Assembly (NCBI GenBank): GCA_964304625.1
Contig: OZ199840.1
Coordinates: 8,067,744-8,131,743, forward strand
Source of the DNA: Kudoa neothunni
Taxonomy: Eukaryota; Animalia; Cnidaria
Direction of reading: 5' to 3'
DNA length: 64,000 nt
Position numbers and translations under genes: made by a program
The notes under the pieces: model-generated
What the model was told of the DNA's origin: nothing
Databases searched by the model: none
Seen by the model: only the letters and a program-made list of their open reading frames with translations
Shown: in pieces, positions 1-14,532 of the stretch
Layout: each line of letters opens with the position of its first letter
Position numbering within the stretch: the first letter of the stretch is position 1

Positions 1-2284
1 AATCTCTTTGATAATGTTTGTGACAGTGACGATGAAGCTAATTATACTGGGAATTTCGAGTCTACCTACATCAAAATTCCCTCTGTCATTAAGGTGGAAT
101 GGACATCAATTTTTAAAAAATGGATGGAAACCAAAGTGATCCCGCCAAACGCAATGAATTTGATTAAAACTGTAATTGGAATAGTTTAGATTATTTTTTA
201 CTTATTTGTTTTGGAACCTTTTTAGTATGGAATTTTTCCAGAAATTCGAAAACAATTTTGGTTGATCTATTCAGGTGCCTATGAACGTCTTGAAGAATTG
301 TCTCCCATATATTACGATCTTGTGAATAAAGTTGTTGATTTTTCCGAACATTTTAGTTTAATTAGGGTGTATTGGTTTTAGAGCTCTCCCTATGAGAAAA
401 TCATAGGATGGGATGTCCGCAGAACATTCCCTAGTCATCAATTTTTTAAAAGTTTGTCCGGTCCAGGTCAAACTACATTGTACAATATTTGTAAAGTGAG
501 TTTTAATAATGTGTGGATATTGTTTATTAAATTTTATTAGGCCTATTCATTATTTGATCCGGAAGTTGGTTATTGTCAAGGAATGTCGTTCATAATAGCT
601 ACTGTACTTCTTGTGGTAAGTTTATTTTTTTATCTATTGAGAGCGTCTAATAATACTGTATGAGATAATAAATAAATGTATAGGCCAACGAAGTCGAAAC
701 TTTTGCTATCACTGTACAAATTATGCAAAAATATTCACAACGAGACATTTACATGGAAAATTTTCAATCACTACAATTGGAATTTTTTATATTTGAACGT
801 CTATTACACGTACATTGGAGCTTGTGAGGCATTTCTTCACTGTACTGTTAAACTAGAAATTTTGCCCCGAACTTCATAAACACCTAAAAAACTGTGGAAT
901 TGAAAACCATATGTTCCTTACACAATGGATTTTAACAATGTTCTCCGCCAAATTCCCGCTATCTATGACATTTCCTGTGATTGATTTCTTTCTGCTGGAT
1001 GGAAGGCTTGCTCTTATCAAAATATCGATAGCTCTTTTGATGGTGAAATTTTATTTCCACCATTTTTAACAACACCCGTAAATGAATTAGATATCCAAGC
1101 ATGACATTTTAAAATTCAATTTTGATGATATTTTACGCTATTTTCGTTTAAATCTTCCACGATTTTATATCTCCAAGGTCAACTGTCAAAATTTAATCAA
1201 TTTTGCGAGAAACCTTGATGTAAGCGATTTTTCACCGTTCCCTTGATTATTATAATAGGGTGATTTGATTACACGTATGTAGGTGAACAGCGAAGAGATA
1301 GATATGCTTATTCATGATTACAACCGACAAAAAAGCGAAAAATCTCAACCGAATGATCCTGTTGAAAGTTTGAAAGCTGAAAAGAACGTTCTTTTCAATC
1401 GACTAATTCGTATGGAGATTGAAAACGATATTTTGGCAAGGGAACTCATTAAATATCAACTAAAAAACGAAAAACAAGTTGCCTCTGTATTGCATTCGCT
1501 GTTTTGTGTAATGTCTATCGATTGATAATCATTTTAACTTAGTTGGAACAAATCGTTGACGATAAAGACGCTGAAATACAGTATATGTTAAATGAAATCG
1601 AGAACTGTCATGCTCTCATTAAAAAATACTCAAATGAAGAAGGCCTTGTAATTGAGATGTTTTTTGTTTCTTACAGTTTTTTCTAATATTCTCATCTAGA
1701 TAAAAGACACCTTACGAAAATGTATCAGTGATTCAGATCAACAATTGGCTAAAAATTTAAAAATTATTGAACATTATAAATCTGTAAATGTTTTTTGTTG
1801 ATGCTTTAAATGTATATGGTGGATCGGTCAAGATCTGTAACAATATGGAAATAAGATTGGTCAACATGGAATCCGAGAACAAATCAATGTGGGAAGAATT
1901 GAAACAACATGAACCCGAGTGTAAAAATTGTCAGAAAATCTCCATCTTACTTGATAACACCTCTAAACCTAACTCTACTACTACTACTACCGAAGTTTTC
2001 CTTCCCACTTCAAATATGATTGAATTGACTCCTTCAGAGGAGCGTGTAACTATTTTTACTTATTAATATACTTATATTATCTATCATTATTGAGAATTTT
2101 AATGCATTTTGTACAGATCAAACAACTTGAGCAAGAAGTCATTATAACCAAAGATGCACTGGCGGAAGCTTCCAATACTATCAATGAACTGTCCCAAGAA
2201 ATATCTGGATTGAAAATTGATTCTAAAACTCCATGGTTCAGAAAACTAACGTCCAATCTCAAAAATAAAAACAGTTATCAATAA
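1..2284 (+). CDS. RABGAP1: Rab GTPase-activating protein, TBC domain plus C-terminal coiled coil (RABGAP1/GAPCenA-like); multi-exon, 5' end outside the window
   Basis: Spliced exons give IGWDVRRTFPSHQFF...LYNICK|AYSLFDPEVGYCQGMSFII (TBC arginine- and glutamine-finger motifs) and QWILTMFSAKFP. The C-terminus IKQLEQEVIITKDALAEA...TPWFRKLTSNLK matches the RABGAP1 tail. Short GT-AG introns, e.g. 496-540 (45 nt). Confidence 0.85.
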
Positions 2285-2997
2285 CTCACTTTCATATAAA
2301 TTTTCAATAATTACTTGTATGTAATGATATTTTAATGAGTATTCGATTTTATGTTCAATTGACGGTTGGATTATTTTTTTATCCCCCCGTCTTACTAATC
2401 TTTTCTTATTAATTATTTAAAAAACAAGTAAATTGATAGAATGTTAGGAGGAATAAAAAATCGATTTATCGCGCGCACGCATATAACTCCCTTTGATGGC
2501 TTAGTTTTTGATGTTGTTCTCGATTAAACAAACATAATCACAACTCATTAATTTAAAAATTTACTATTTTTTACTTTAATTGATGAATTTTTAAAAACAT
2601 ATAAATATTTGTTTGATTTAAACATATCTCTCCAATGAATAAAATAAAGAATGAAATTAGCGTTGACTTTGGATTGAAGATGGAGGATTAAAATATGTTG
2701 TGAACACTACTGTAAGTAATTATTAAAAATAAATTTACGGCTGTAACCATATCACTGATAACTTAAACTTTTATTATAAATTATAATTTAGGGAGAATTT
2801 TAATATTTGAAATCGAAGGTTCGATGAATTAAAAATTAACTCAAATAAGTGTCTATTATGCGAGATAAATAAAATATATAAAAACGTAACTTTAATTTAT
2901 ATTATTCATGCATGGACCCATAATTAAATTTAATAAAGAAAAACCAATTAATTTTCCCATACATCTGAACGAATATATATATATATATATATATATA

Positions 2998-3334
2998 CAG
3001 TGAAACCTCGGACTTCGACCATAATCCGTTCTAGATGACGTGTGTTCGAATTCCGCATAATTTTTTCCGGCGCAAAAAAATAAGTATTTCCATTCTTATT
3101 TATGAAAAATATGCATATCTTGTTTTTATAAAATATCACAAATAAATATTAGGTATAATAATAAAAATGACATATAGGATAAATATTTTTTGGTTGTCAT
3201 ACGATAGAATATAAGGGGTTCTCTTTCGATGACGTTCGTACAACTTGATTTGATCTAAATTCTCTTCCTATATGCGTTCGAACTCAAAAGTGTTTCTGAC
3301 TCAATATTTTTGGTTGAATTCCCAGGTTTCATTG
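2998..3334. mobile_element. pogo/Tigger-like (Tc1-mariner) MITE inserted at a (TA)n microsatellite
   Basis: Terminal inverted repeats cagtgaaacctcg / ccaggtttcattg, TA on both sides; (TA)n run at about 2973-2997. Confidence 0.7.
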
Positions 3335-3798
3335 TACAGAAAAGTAGGTAAATAAGGAGACCTAATCCAATTTTTTTCTTAAAATTATTTTATTGTTTAA
3401 TAATGTTGTCGCTGAAAAAGCCTGCTTATGATTACACGCATATTTTGTTAGAATATATGCAACGCACCAGATTTTTCCTTCTTAATTTTTGCATTATATC
3501 CATCCATACGCCATCTGAAAATGACTGGTAAATTTCCCTGAAGTAGAATTGATCTGCGTATCATTTACTCCCCAATGTAAACTTACAGAAAATAAAAGAT
3601 TTAAATGGGCGGTTTCACTAATAATCAGAACATCTATTAAAAACTTCAATTTTAAAGTCTGGAGAAAGAATTTGAAGATAGAGTTTTAAATTTAATGGTC
3701 TCAACAAAATAAATAACACTGAATTATTATATGAAAGAAATACATTCAGCGCAATGATCTACAAATATACAACATATTTTCATATATAAATTAATAAA

Positions 3799-4873
3799 TT
3801 ATTCATTAGGATCCTCTAAAAAGGTCTCTTCGTCCGAATCACTAGAAACTAAAGGAATAATATCCATCAGGTTTAGGTTATCTTGAGTATTAGTTGTTTC
3901 CAACTCATCATAGAAGACAGGGTTTTCGCTGCGTTGCTCCGTTCCTTCGTCACTGCCGAAAAATATTAATGTCAATCTAAAATACAAAAATAGTTTACTC
4001 GTCCAGATTTATGGTTGATTCGTCCGAATTCTTGTTTGTAGTTTCAAAATCGGATGCTGATTGTATAGATGAATTCACTCCTGACACCTGTATTATTTCA
4101 GCACAATCATCGTCATCCCATATTTCTTGATGAGCTACTCATTCCAATAGATCAAAACAACTCCACCATAATTTACTGATTGTGGTGGCCGCATGATCGG
4201 ATTCAATGAGCGATCGAACCTCTTGTAAAATAGAGGGGACAGTAGATCTCACTTGATTCTTGATCAATTTTCTAAATCTGGTCTTTTTGGCATTCCACAT
4301 CGGCGGAGTCACTTTCAATCAACAGCAGATTATCCAGCTTATAAAAATGCATATTACGCCCATCTTTAAGCTTGTAAGCACTTGACCCATAATTATCTGT
4401 CTCGGGGAAAGGTTCAATACTACAAACAAGAACCTATACATCCCAATTAAATCATAGAATTCACCAAGTGTTTTAGTAACTTGGTGAATATCCCCTGTTT
4501 TATAGAGATTATGTTTGTGAAAGGTTTTGTGTGTCTCTACTACGGCAGGAAGATCCATCATGCGGGCGTAAAATTCAGTGTCCTCAAACAATACAAATCC
4601 ATTTCGGCAGCCGTCTACACCGATTATGATACCAATTAAAAATGAGTTATTCGAAAAATCCATAGTAGATAACGATTTTACCGGTGAATTGAATTTTTAG
4701 ACGATCTTTCAAGTTACCAGATTGTATATACTCCCTTACCTTATAGCAATATGGCTACAGCGAAAGTTACAAGACCCTACCAACATAATCTAAGCCTAAT
4801 TTACTTCAGGAAAACGTATTATAAACTCATTTTCACACTCAAACACTTTATCTAACTTAAAACTGGCCGACAT
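3799..4873 (-). CDS. TAF7: Transcription initiation factor TFIID subunit 7, multi-exon
   Basis: MSASFKLDKVFECENEFIIRFPE, MMDLPAVVETHKTFHKHNLYKTGDIHQ and VTPPMWNAKKTRFRK match TAF7/TAFII55 N-terminal motifs; acidic tail ends at 3799. Confidence 0.9.
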
Positions 4874-5633
4874 GACATTACCAAGAGTTTGGACCTTAAA
4901 CTCTGGTCGTTTTTATTCGGGTCTACTCGTGTCATTTCATGTTTTTTAAAATATAAGTGAAAATAAAAGAATCTTATGTTTTTTTAAATACATATTATTA
5001 AATTTAGTTCGTATTGTAATTTATCATTTTTATAAGCATACAAATTTTTTCCATTTTTCTTAAATTATCATCAATATTTGAATTGCAGCTTTTTATCAAT
5101 GTAGAGATTATATAATAACGATCTGAAAACTTTTTAAAATTTGAAATTGTTAATTCTTAAGTTCGACCTAAATTTTTTGGCTCATGGTAAATTTTTTCTA
5201 TCAAATATTTAATATCAGTATTGTAAAATGTTTATCATGTAATCTATTGTACTAGATTTAAGATGAAAATAAAAATATTTCATATGATATTAATTAATAA
5301 TAATCGCGATAATCCTTGAGTATATATTTTGTTCTTTAAATAGTTAAAAACTTCCAAAAAAACATTTGGGATATTTTCTCGCTGTATTGTTATGGATATT
5401 GTTGCTTTTCCAATAAAACCGAAATAAGAATCTTGTAAAAAAAAATTCGCAAACTAAAACAAACCCCTCAAAATGCTATTACGCAAAATAAAGATGATTT
5501 GTCTATTTGTGGTATGGATACTCGAATAAATTGATCAGTAGCATAAGGATAGTGCGCGCGCTATATACTTTGATGAATATATTATAGCACTGTACTTATA
5601 CAACAAATCAACATAAAGGAAACCAAAATAAAA

Positions 5634-6226
5634 TTAAGAATATGACGGATTTGATTTTATTAAAGTATCGATTCTCTTGCGGAACGATTCACCAAATGTG
5701 TTACAACTTTGATCAACTTCATTCGGTATGTCGATTGTGGTTTGACTATGAATCTGAAAAAAAGAATTTCAATTTAAGATGAGTTATAAAAACAACTTCT
5801 AGAATAGCTTTCATCAAGTTGTCAGCATCTTGGAATTCGGTGTCAGTGTTGAGCACAAATTTTAGGCCATTTATCGATTCAAAATAATTCAATTTGTAGG
5901 TTTTTGTTGTGTAGCTTACCAGTTTTTCTTGTCTAAAGTAAAAGATTATTTTATATCCAACTTCAATATATCTGCAAACAATAATTTCAGATTGATTCAA
6001 ATTACTCATCCTTGTCGGATATTCGTTCAATCATATTTCTCAACGAATACAACATACCATACATAAGTTTATATTCCTTCAATGAAGAATATTAAAATAA
6101 GAAACATTTTAAAAACGGAGATATTACTTCTTGTTTTGATAGAGAGGAATAATTTGTCCTGTTCCATTCAAAATAATATAAACAAGTTCCTTTGTTATCA
6201 AAAATATAGAGATTGTTTATGGTCAT
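5634..6226 (-). CDS. TRAPPC1: TRAPP complex subunit 1 (BET5), multi-exon
   Basis: MTINNLYIFDNKGTCLYYFEWNR, EYKLMYGMLYSLR, SYTTKTYKLNYFESINGLKFVLNTD and FRKRIDTLIKS match TRAPPC1. Confidence 0.92.
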
Positions 6227-8232
6227 TTCGTGGATGTGGTAGATGGGCTAAAAGAAAGTATTTTTACCTGTATATGTTTTGAGCCGACGTGCCCCGAAGA
6301 GCTAATAAGACTTGGATCGTTTGATATCGGCCTCGTAATGTACGTGGTCGGTGAAGCCACCGTTTGAAATATATTTTTAAATCAATCCAAATATTATTAC
6401 GATCATAAGATGAATCCATCACACTCATTAAACCCGCCTGTGACAAAGATAAATAATCTAGCTTGACTGTATAGATAGGAAGACACCTTGTAACACTTAT
6501 AACGACGTCACGTTTTTGAAACAACATATTCAAGCTGTATTAAATTATAAATAGTTTATTTGAAAATTATTAACAATATTAATTAACACATATACTTACG
6601 TTACAATTATTACAACTAAAATCCTCATTTTGAATAAATGATTTTAGAGTCCGATTGAGTTTGGTCGATGCTGAACTAAGATGTGAGCAGTTGACATTTT
6701 TAATCACGTCAACTTCCACAAATTATTATTTTATAAGTTTTATATAAGAATATTGAGATAAATAATTCAGTGATTTAATACTTCGCCTGGTTTTCCTGAC
6801 AAGCAACTATGTTATGGCAAAATTATTTAGTGACTTAATATAGCGTGAATTTTTTTATGATGATCAATATTGTTCATCAATTTATGTGAATTTACACATT
6901 TAAATTGAAAAATCTTCAAGTAATAAATAAGTTACTTTAAATTTGAAATTTATAATTTCGAAGGTTGAAGTATTGCATATAAAATTCCACTTATTGATTA
7001 AAAAGGAATAATTCAATATTTCATATAAATCATAATTTTCATAAAAAGTATACAAATAAGTCACAGTAAATTTTTACCACAGAAAGGTAATAATATATTA
7101 CCCCGGGAATAAATTGAGTAACATCAAAGTTGGATAGGGGAAATATTTGCATTATGGCTTTGTGACGTAATTCAGGATTTTCTAGGAATTATATTACTCC
7201 GGTTATTAAACTCAATAAGAATTAGGCAGAAATTCTTAAAATGTTTCTAGGTACACGTATTTAACATTTATTTATAAAACTATTTTCACATTATTAATCT
7301 TTATATTTTTCCCTACTAAATTATGAAAAATAAAGAAATTTGAGATGATTGTAAATTTTGTAAAATAGACGGCTAGTAATATAAATGTTAGCGAACTTAA
7401 CAGACTAAAACAATATTAACGTTGAATTAATTATAAATATTAATCATTTCTAAATTATTGTTTTGAGCCATGCAGTATAAACATAACTCCACGTGTTTTG
7501 CGAGTTTGGTTGAACTACAATGAGTGATTCGAATTCAGACAATTCTCATGTTGGAATGAAATTTGAAACTGTAACATGTAGATTATGTAAGGGTTGTAAT
7601 CCACCAACCATAGATGTGCGATCGAGAGCAGTGCGGTATGGCACCACCGCCTTTTAATGCAAAGAACCCAGGTTCGGACCTTGTGTTACGGAAACTCTCA
7701 AAAGTTTCAAATTGTATATTAAAGAGTATGAGAAAAGTCATTTTGTGAATTTAAAGATTCAAGAAGAATCGACTCAGTGCAAAATCGGGTTAATCGAAAT
7801 ATTTAAGACACGCTAGTGTATTTTGAAATAACTTATGTATGCTAAGTTGGAGTCTATTACCGAAATAGAGGTGAGGTAAAGGCGAACGCAAAAAATTCCC
7901 TTAAGAAAGGATTTCCCATTTATAGTTAGTTACATTAAGAGTAAGTGTAGATGGAAATTTCCTGGAGATTAGATCTTCTAGCACTACCCATAACCATCCA
8001 AATGATCCATAAATCTATGAAAACTTACTCATTCAGAGGAAATTAAACCAATGTGATGGCTATTTGTCGAAGTTTCCTTCTCTCGGAGCAAACAAAAAGC
8101 TCATACAAGCCAAGATATATGACGAGACGGGCAAGGATATATATACCTTTGAAAGCTGTCCATAACATTAAAAAATCCTCCAAAGTCGGATCTGATAACA
8201 TTGCTTTAGTTGTAGAAATTTTAAAAAATCAA

Positions 8233-8422
8233 TACACAGCTTGTGAGTAAAAGTTAATGGGATTAAAAATTATCATTACGCAAGCGTGCGTGCCTTTTAG
8301 GACTAGAATTTACCCCTCAAATAACTTCTGCTATGGCTAAACCACTATAAAACATTAAAATAAATATGAATTTCGCCTCCATGTTAAGGGGGTAATTTTG
8401 AAAAAATGGTTGAGAACCCCTG
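8233..8422 (+). repeat. Dispersed hAT-derived repeat family (other copies at about 8725-8803 on -, 12760-12946, 24328-24405, 42680-42780, 52935-53030)
   Basis: Shared core ...gggattaaaa...gcgy(g/a)...ttaggattaaaattt... in all copies. The copies at 8.4 kb and 12.9 kb both end in ttgagaacccctg, the reverse complement of the hAT/Charlie-type terminus caggggttctcaa. Confidence 0.6.
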
Positions 8423-8435
8423 CCTTACGCTAATA

Positions 8436-8714
8436 CTGGGGTGGGAAAATTACGATCTACGAGCTCTTTCATTACGAATCTCAGCCAAATTTTATATTAC
8501 TCAGTATTTGTCATGTATTTCATTCTCCTTGCGTAGAAAAAAATTCTAAAGTAATTTGACCTATTCGATTTGAAATGAAATAAATTAAAATAAAAAATTA
8601 TTGCTCTATTTGCATTCTAAATTTAATATAAAGACTATGTTTGAATGTCGTTACTCCCTATCATAACACATTGTCTCCATGTGGCCAGCGGATAAAAAAT
8701 TTCCCCCATACATG
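8436..8714. mobile_element. hAT-type MITE (degenerate)
   Basis: Imperfect TIRs ctggggtgggaaaatt / aatttcccccatacatg; imperfect 8-bp flanking duplication cgctaata / cattaata. Confidence 0.45.
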
Positions 8715-9683
8715 CATTAATAGTGATTAATTTTAGTCCTAACAGACATGCACGTACGCACAATAACAAATTTTAATCCCAGCAATTTTTACGTACAAGC
8801 TGCATATAAATTTAATTTTTTATATCTGCTATATAATTTATTTGTGGACCACCACTTGACTCTTCGGGGCTATTAATAATAAATTGTAACCACAAATAGT
8901 GAAATCTGAATATTATTTACTATACCAATAGCCACTTTTTGATTCAGTAACTAATTTATCACAATTCAACCAGGCTCAAGTACGAAAGAGATTATAAATG
9001 GATTAGTGCGTAATCATCTTAGGGTCAAATCATGTCCTTTATCATTAAATCAACAATCCAACGATATCATAGTTGATATTGCATTGTTGCAAATTTATTT
9101 TAGATTACAAGAAAGGAAATATCGACCCAAAACAACTAATATAAAAGAAGTTACCATGGATAGGGATATATTTCCTTAAAATAAGGGATTAATCCCCTAC
9201 AAAGTAATACCTAACTTTAGACTATTATTCTAAAGGTTAAAATATCTTAAAAACAATTCAATATATAAATTATCAAACAGATATATTAAATAATAATACA
9301 ACGAGTTACGACGAGCATAAAATATGGAAATTTAGAATATAATTTTCGAGCTATTGTCGATTCTTCCAACTTTGGATTATATTGGCAATAATTAAAAAAT
9401 AAATCCAATATGACCCCCTAATTTCTCAGACTGTTGAAAATGGATTTAGACAGTAAAAAAATTTATGCGTAAATTTCTAATAAAAGAATCGTTCAGCGCT
9501 ATTTTCAGTTAATGTTTTATTCAACAACAGTGTGAAGATAATGATACATGGAATGAATTAATGGCATAAATGTGGTTAATTGATGACCGCCGTTGAAGGT
9601 CGTATCAATCTAACTAAACCATGTGTAACAGTTAATATTATTATCGGTGAGTAACGAACCCCTTTGTACAGATAGAATTTTTA

Positions 9684-12106
9684 ATGACCATTGAATTTGA
9701 GTTGGAGGATGTTAATGAGGGGAACACCACAATTCGACGCGAAGGCGACGTTATACCAACCACTCCGATTCCTATAGTGAGAACCTGTGCCCAGGTGAAC
9801 ACCAATTTGAATGATAGTGGTCAAGATAAAGTAAATTTTAACAATCTGCATTTGGGCGACGCTTCTACATAATCATGTGGATATAGGAACGCATACGTCC
9901 ATTCCCTACGAATTTGAAATTTACCCTAAGGAAAAAGTACGAAGTCCCTTCAGATAATGAATCTTCCAAAATGGCTCATCTAAAGGTCACATTTAAGAAC
10001 TTCAAGTACATAATCAAGTCGAATATTGCTAGCACAATGAAAATAGTATTCTTCTTATTGGTCACTGTATTTGTGATCTATGCTTGTTGTTATAATTTCA
10101 ATAAAGCAAAGCCAGTTTTGGTTTTGTATTGTTTGATTATGGCATATTTGTTGGTTGTCAATACATTATATTTTTTGGGTGACTTGATAAACCGGCTTTT
10201 TAAGCCGACACTGAAAATGGTGAATAATTATTCTCCATTCATTATTCGAGTGATGTTGGCTTATGTCATCATAACGTTTTGTTTGTTTGTTGGAGTGTGG
10301 ATGAAACGAACAAAGTACAATGCGATTTCAGTCACAGGCTACATCACAATTTTATCAATAGCTGTTTTATTTTCGAAATCCTCCAAAAATGTATATAATA
10401 AATGTGTTGTTGATTGTTGTTTCCAAGAATACAACCACTTAGATCAATCCAAGAACTGTTATAATGGCGTTGGCATTTCAAATGTTGATCAATTTTGTGT
10501 GTTGTCGACTGAATTTTGGCGTGTCAGCCATCAAAGGTGCCTCCAACTTTATAAGTTATGTGATTGATCATTCGAAATACGGAGCGAAAATTCTGTTCAA
10601 CGAGGGAATTTTGGAGATGTTCATATTTAAGGTTCGACGGTTTCAGCACTTTTATAGTCAACATTTATTACACATTGCGTATCGATTGTTGATGGCTAAA
10701 GTTGACTTAAAACGTGGAGGGCGAATAAGACATTGATGAAAAATACGATTTTTTCATTTATTAACTTTGATTTTTAAATTATTTATGACTAATAATTTAA
10801 ATTTATTGTATCTATATTTATTTAATGTTACCGCTATCATGGGCATGTGTATTAATTGAGATGGTTCATTTGTGTGGATATGTGTAACGAGGTGATTTAG
10901 ATTTTTCCACCTTTGGTGTTTTTCAGTGCTCTGATCAATCTGCTCTATTATATTGGAATAATGGGATGGATAACAGAAAAAGGTGCGTCTTTCATGAAAA
11001 TATTTCTCTGCATAACGAATATCGAATCGGTGTGTACATTTGCGAATATTTTTTTGGGAGGTGTTGAGGCGTCATTGCTAATCAAACCCTATCTATCTGT
11101 GGTGACCAAATCGGAAATGATGCTGATAATGGCTGGTGGGTTTTCCAGTATAGCTGGAGGTATGCTGGCTGTGTTCATCAATATGGGCATACCAGGTGTA
11201 CATCTGATCACCTCTTGTCTTATGTCGCCATTTGGAACTGTCGCATTGACCAAAATTATCTACCCAGATACTAAAAAACACAAAAAACCTCCCAATAATA
11301 ACGATGAAACTTTGAGAACGTATAAATCTATTATCCACCTAGCAATAGTCTGATCTAACATTTAGAAAAGAGGAAAACTTTCTTCATGCAATCTCTGAAG
11401 GTGCGGCTGCTGCGGTTGGCTTGATAGCATACATTGTGGTGAATCTGATGGCTTTTTATTCAATTGGACACCTCGCTAATAGTTGTCTGAGTTATTTGGC
11501 ACAACTTGTGTCTTCTTATACACTTTCGTTGGAGGTTTTTTATTCAACTTCATCTTTCTTTTTGTAATGAATATGGAAATTAATTTGGGGGTTTAGATTA
11601 TCTTCTCCTATCTTTTCTTTCCATTTTCTGTTCTTATGGGAGTTGAACCCCAAGATCGTTTCAAAATCTCTGAACTTTTGGGAACCAAACTTTTTGTCAA
11701 TGAACTCATTGCTTTTGAAAAACTCAAGGAATATGTTTCAAGATCAGAAATTACTGTATTTTTACACCAAACCTAATCGTGTTTTTATTAAGTTGTTTTC
11801 TCTAGAAACGTACTGAAATAATTGGGACGTACGCGTTGTGCAGTTTTTCTAATTTCGCCAATTTGGGATTTACTATCGGAGGCATGACTGTTCTCGCTCC
11901 AGAGAGAGCCAAACAAATCGCTAAACTTCTCCCTATATCTTTCTGCTGCGGTTTCATGGTTTCCATCGTGAATGGAACTATAGCAGGTATTTTCCAATTA
12001 AATAATAATTATTTTCATCAAATATAAAAATATTAATTTTCCAAACATTTCACAAATTTGACGATCAAAACTAAAAATTTTCGTAGGGTTTATGGCCAAC
12101 GTTTAA
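9684..12106 (+). CDS. Concentrative Na+/nucleoside cotransporter (SLC28 family), multi-exon
   Basis: Multiple TM segments; motifs VFFSALINLLYYIGIM, ANIFLGGVEA, GGFSSIAGG, GTKLFVNELIAF and ALCSFSNFANLGFTIGGM are diagnostic of CNT/SLC28. Confidence 0.92.
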
Positions 12107-13368
12107 TTAAACCATCCTTATTGGTTTAATGAGAAATTGTATCCAACTATTGCCTTCAGATACAGTTTATTTTAGATTTAGTCTCATACTGATCTTTGTA
12201 AATTTTACGTATACAAGTATATTTGTTTTGTTCGGCAGCGTTTTCAATTTTTAAACTTGTACAATCTAAAAATTAATTACAATATTTATGTAAATTAATA
12301 TATATTTTTTATTGATGTTGATAGTTTACACGGACACGGAGAAGTTTTCCGCCTAATTTTCTATTGAAGGAGTTTTGTATAAACATAATGGAGAATTCAA
12401 TTTATAAGTTCCGTAGATTTTTATCAAATACAGGCGTCTTATTGTTTCTCATTCGAATGCGACTTATTTCGTTTAATTCTCAAAATAATTTTATTGTATC
12501 ACTCCCAAAACACTAATATTTAAAACGGCTTGCCGTCACATTATTTTAAGGCAAAGGCTAATGGCACGATAAAAATTAATCATAAATAGTACGGGCTTGT
12601 GCGCGAATTAAAGTTTTTATTTGTAACATCTATTACTTTCAAGTTTTTTACAGATTTAATTTTGTATAATTCTCCTTATTTAATTATTTCTAGTCCCCTG
12701 CTTCGCTCTTGGGGGAAAAAATATTGAAATTTAATAGCACCAAAAAAATCAAATCTTTAAACGACCTGTGAATAAAAGTTTCTGGGATTAAAAATTGTTA
12801 TCAAACAGACGTACATACCTTTAGAATTAGAATTTACCGTGAAAATATCCTCTGTCTTAGCTAAACAAGTATCAACCCCTAAAGTAAATATGAATTTGAC
12901 TTCCAAGTTAAGAGGGTAAATTTGAAAAACTGATTGAGAACCCCTGATTTAAGATATAAATAATAATCCGTCCCATTTTTAAATTTACTCTCTCATTCCT
13001 GCTCTAGTGGTCTTTCTATATTTTAAAACTGCATATTGGAAAATAAATATGTTATGAAACAGACCATCCTCCTTATAAATGAGATGTTTGTCACATCAGG
13101 CGATTAACTTGGGCAGAAATCAATCTCAGCGAATTGTACGCAACTATTCAGGAAACTCGAAGATCCCTAAAACTATCTAAATTTCATTTTGTAAAAATTA
13201 TTCTAAATAAAGAAGATCAGAATATTTGATTTGAGATGACCTATCACAAAGTCTATTCCAGTGGTTCTTAACCTTTTTTCCTTGCGAACCCCTACTGTGT
13301 TCAATGGATTTATCACGGTCTCCATCTTTTTAAAATGCGCTATCCAATCATACACGTAAGTGTTTAAA

Positions 13369-13514
13369 CCCTTTCGTTCTCATTGTTTATTTCAATGAAT
13401 AGGTTAAAAATGATTTAGAATTATTTATCTTTAAAAAAATAAAATTGAAATTGTATATTATTAGTTTAATTTTGAAAATTCTCGATGCAAAAAGAAAATC
13501 AGGGAACGGAAGGG
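13369..13514. mobile_element. piggyBac-type MITE (related termini at about 22551 and 56547), just downstream of a hAT-like left end at about 13259
   Basis: TIRs ccctttcgttc / gaacggaaggg followed by TTAA; cagtggttcttaacc hAT-like terminus at 13259. Confidence 0.5.
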
Positions 13515-14532
13515 TTAACATAAATTATTTATCTAATATCCCCAATTTTACTAAAATATTTATTATATAAATTAATTGAGTAATGTCATTTTTAAAGATA
13601 TATATAACAAATTTCTAATCACTAAGACATGAATCATTTTTGGTACTCAACAAAAAAATTAACAACAACGAACTCCTTCCTGTAATTTTTTAAGAAATTA
13701 CCAAAACTCAAACCAAATATAGATAATGACGCATAATATTTAAAATAAAAAATTTCATGAAATATATTGAATCATTATATATACATATGTAAATGTTTAA
13801 AAGTAAAATCCATTAAAAATTTCAACGTGAAAAATTTTCTTACAATGATCGAAATATTTTTACTATATAAATCTCTATTTACGTTAATTATTATTTTTAT
13901 TAAAACGAAGAGTTAACATAGAAATAATTATTATATAAAAAACACGAGATTAATGCAAAAACGTATTTTTCTATATAAATAATAGGCATTAAAAGAATAT
14001 TTAATGAGATTTTTTAGTTGCTTTCTATCAATAGGTATGGTATAGGTTCAGGGACATTTGACAAAGTATTCGAAAGGGAAACGATTATACAAGCGATTTC
14101 GTGAGTTAATTTGTATGATGACTAGCATAAAAACATCCAATCTAATCACAATAGGGTGTCGTAAAAGGAGTAATCATTCTAACTACATAGTCTGCAACAT
14201 CAAGAAACATGTTTTTGGAATCTTTAGTTTATCAAATAACCTACTGAATGACCTTTGTTTTTTATAGCTCTTTTCGCGAAATAAATTATAACACAAGGAA
14301 ATTTTATAAAAAATATAGAATATTTATAAGAAACAATAGCGCAATAATATATATTTCAAATTTTTACGAATTACGCTAATGTCTACAAATATCTAATTAT
14401 AATGGATATATGAAGATAGAATTGAATTCGGATTTTGTTGAAATCACTCACGGGCCCCTGGAATCGTATTCTGACCCTAAGTTAAGAGTTAAGACTCACT
14501 GCCATGCTCGTTGTTATACTCATTTTCGCAAA

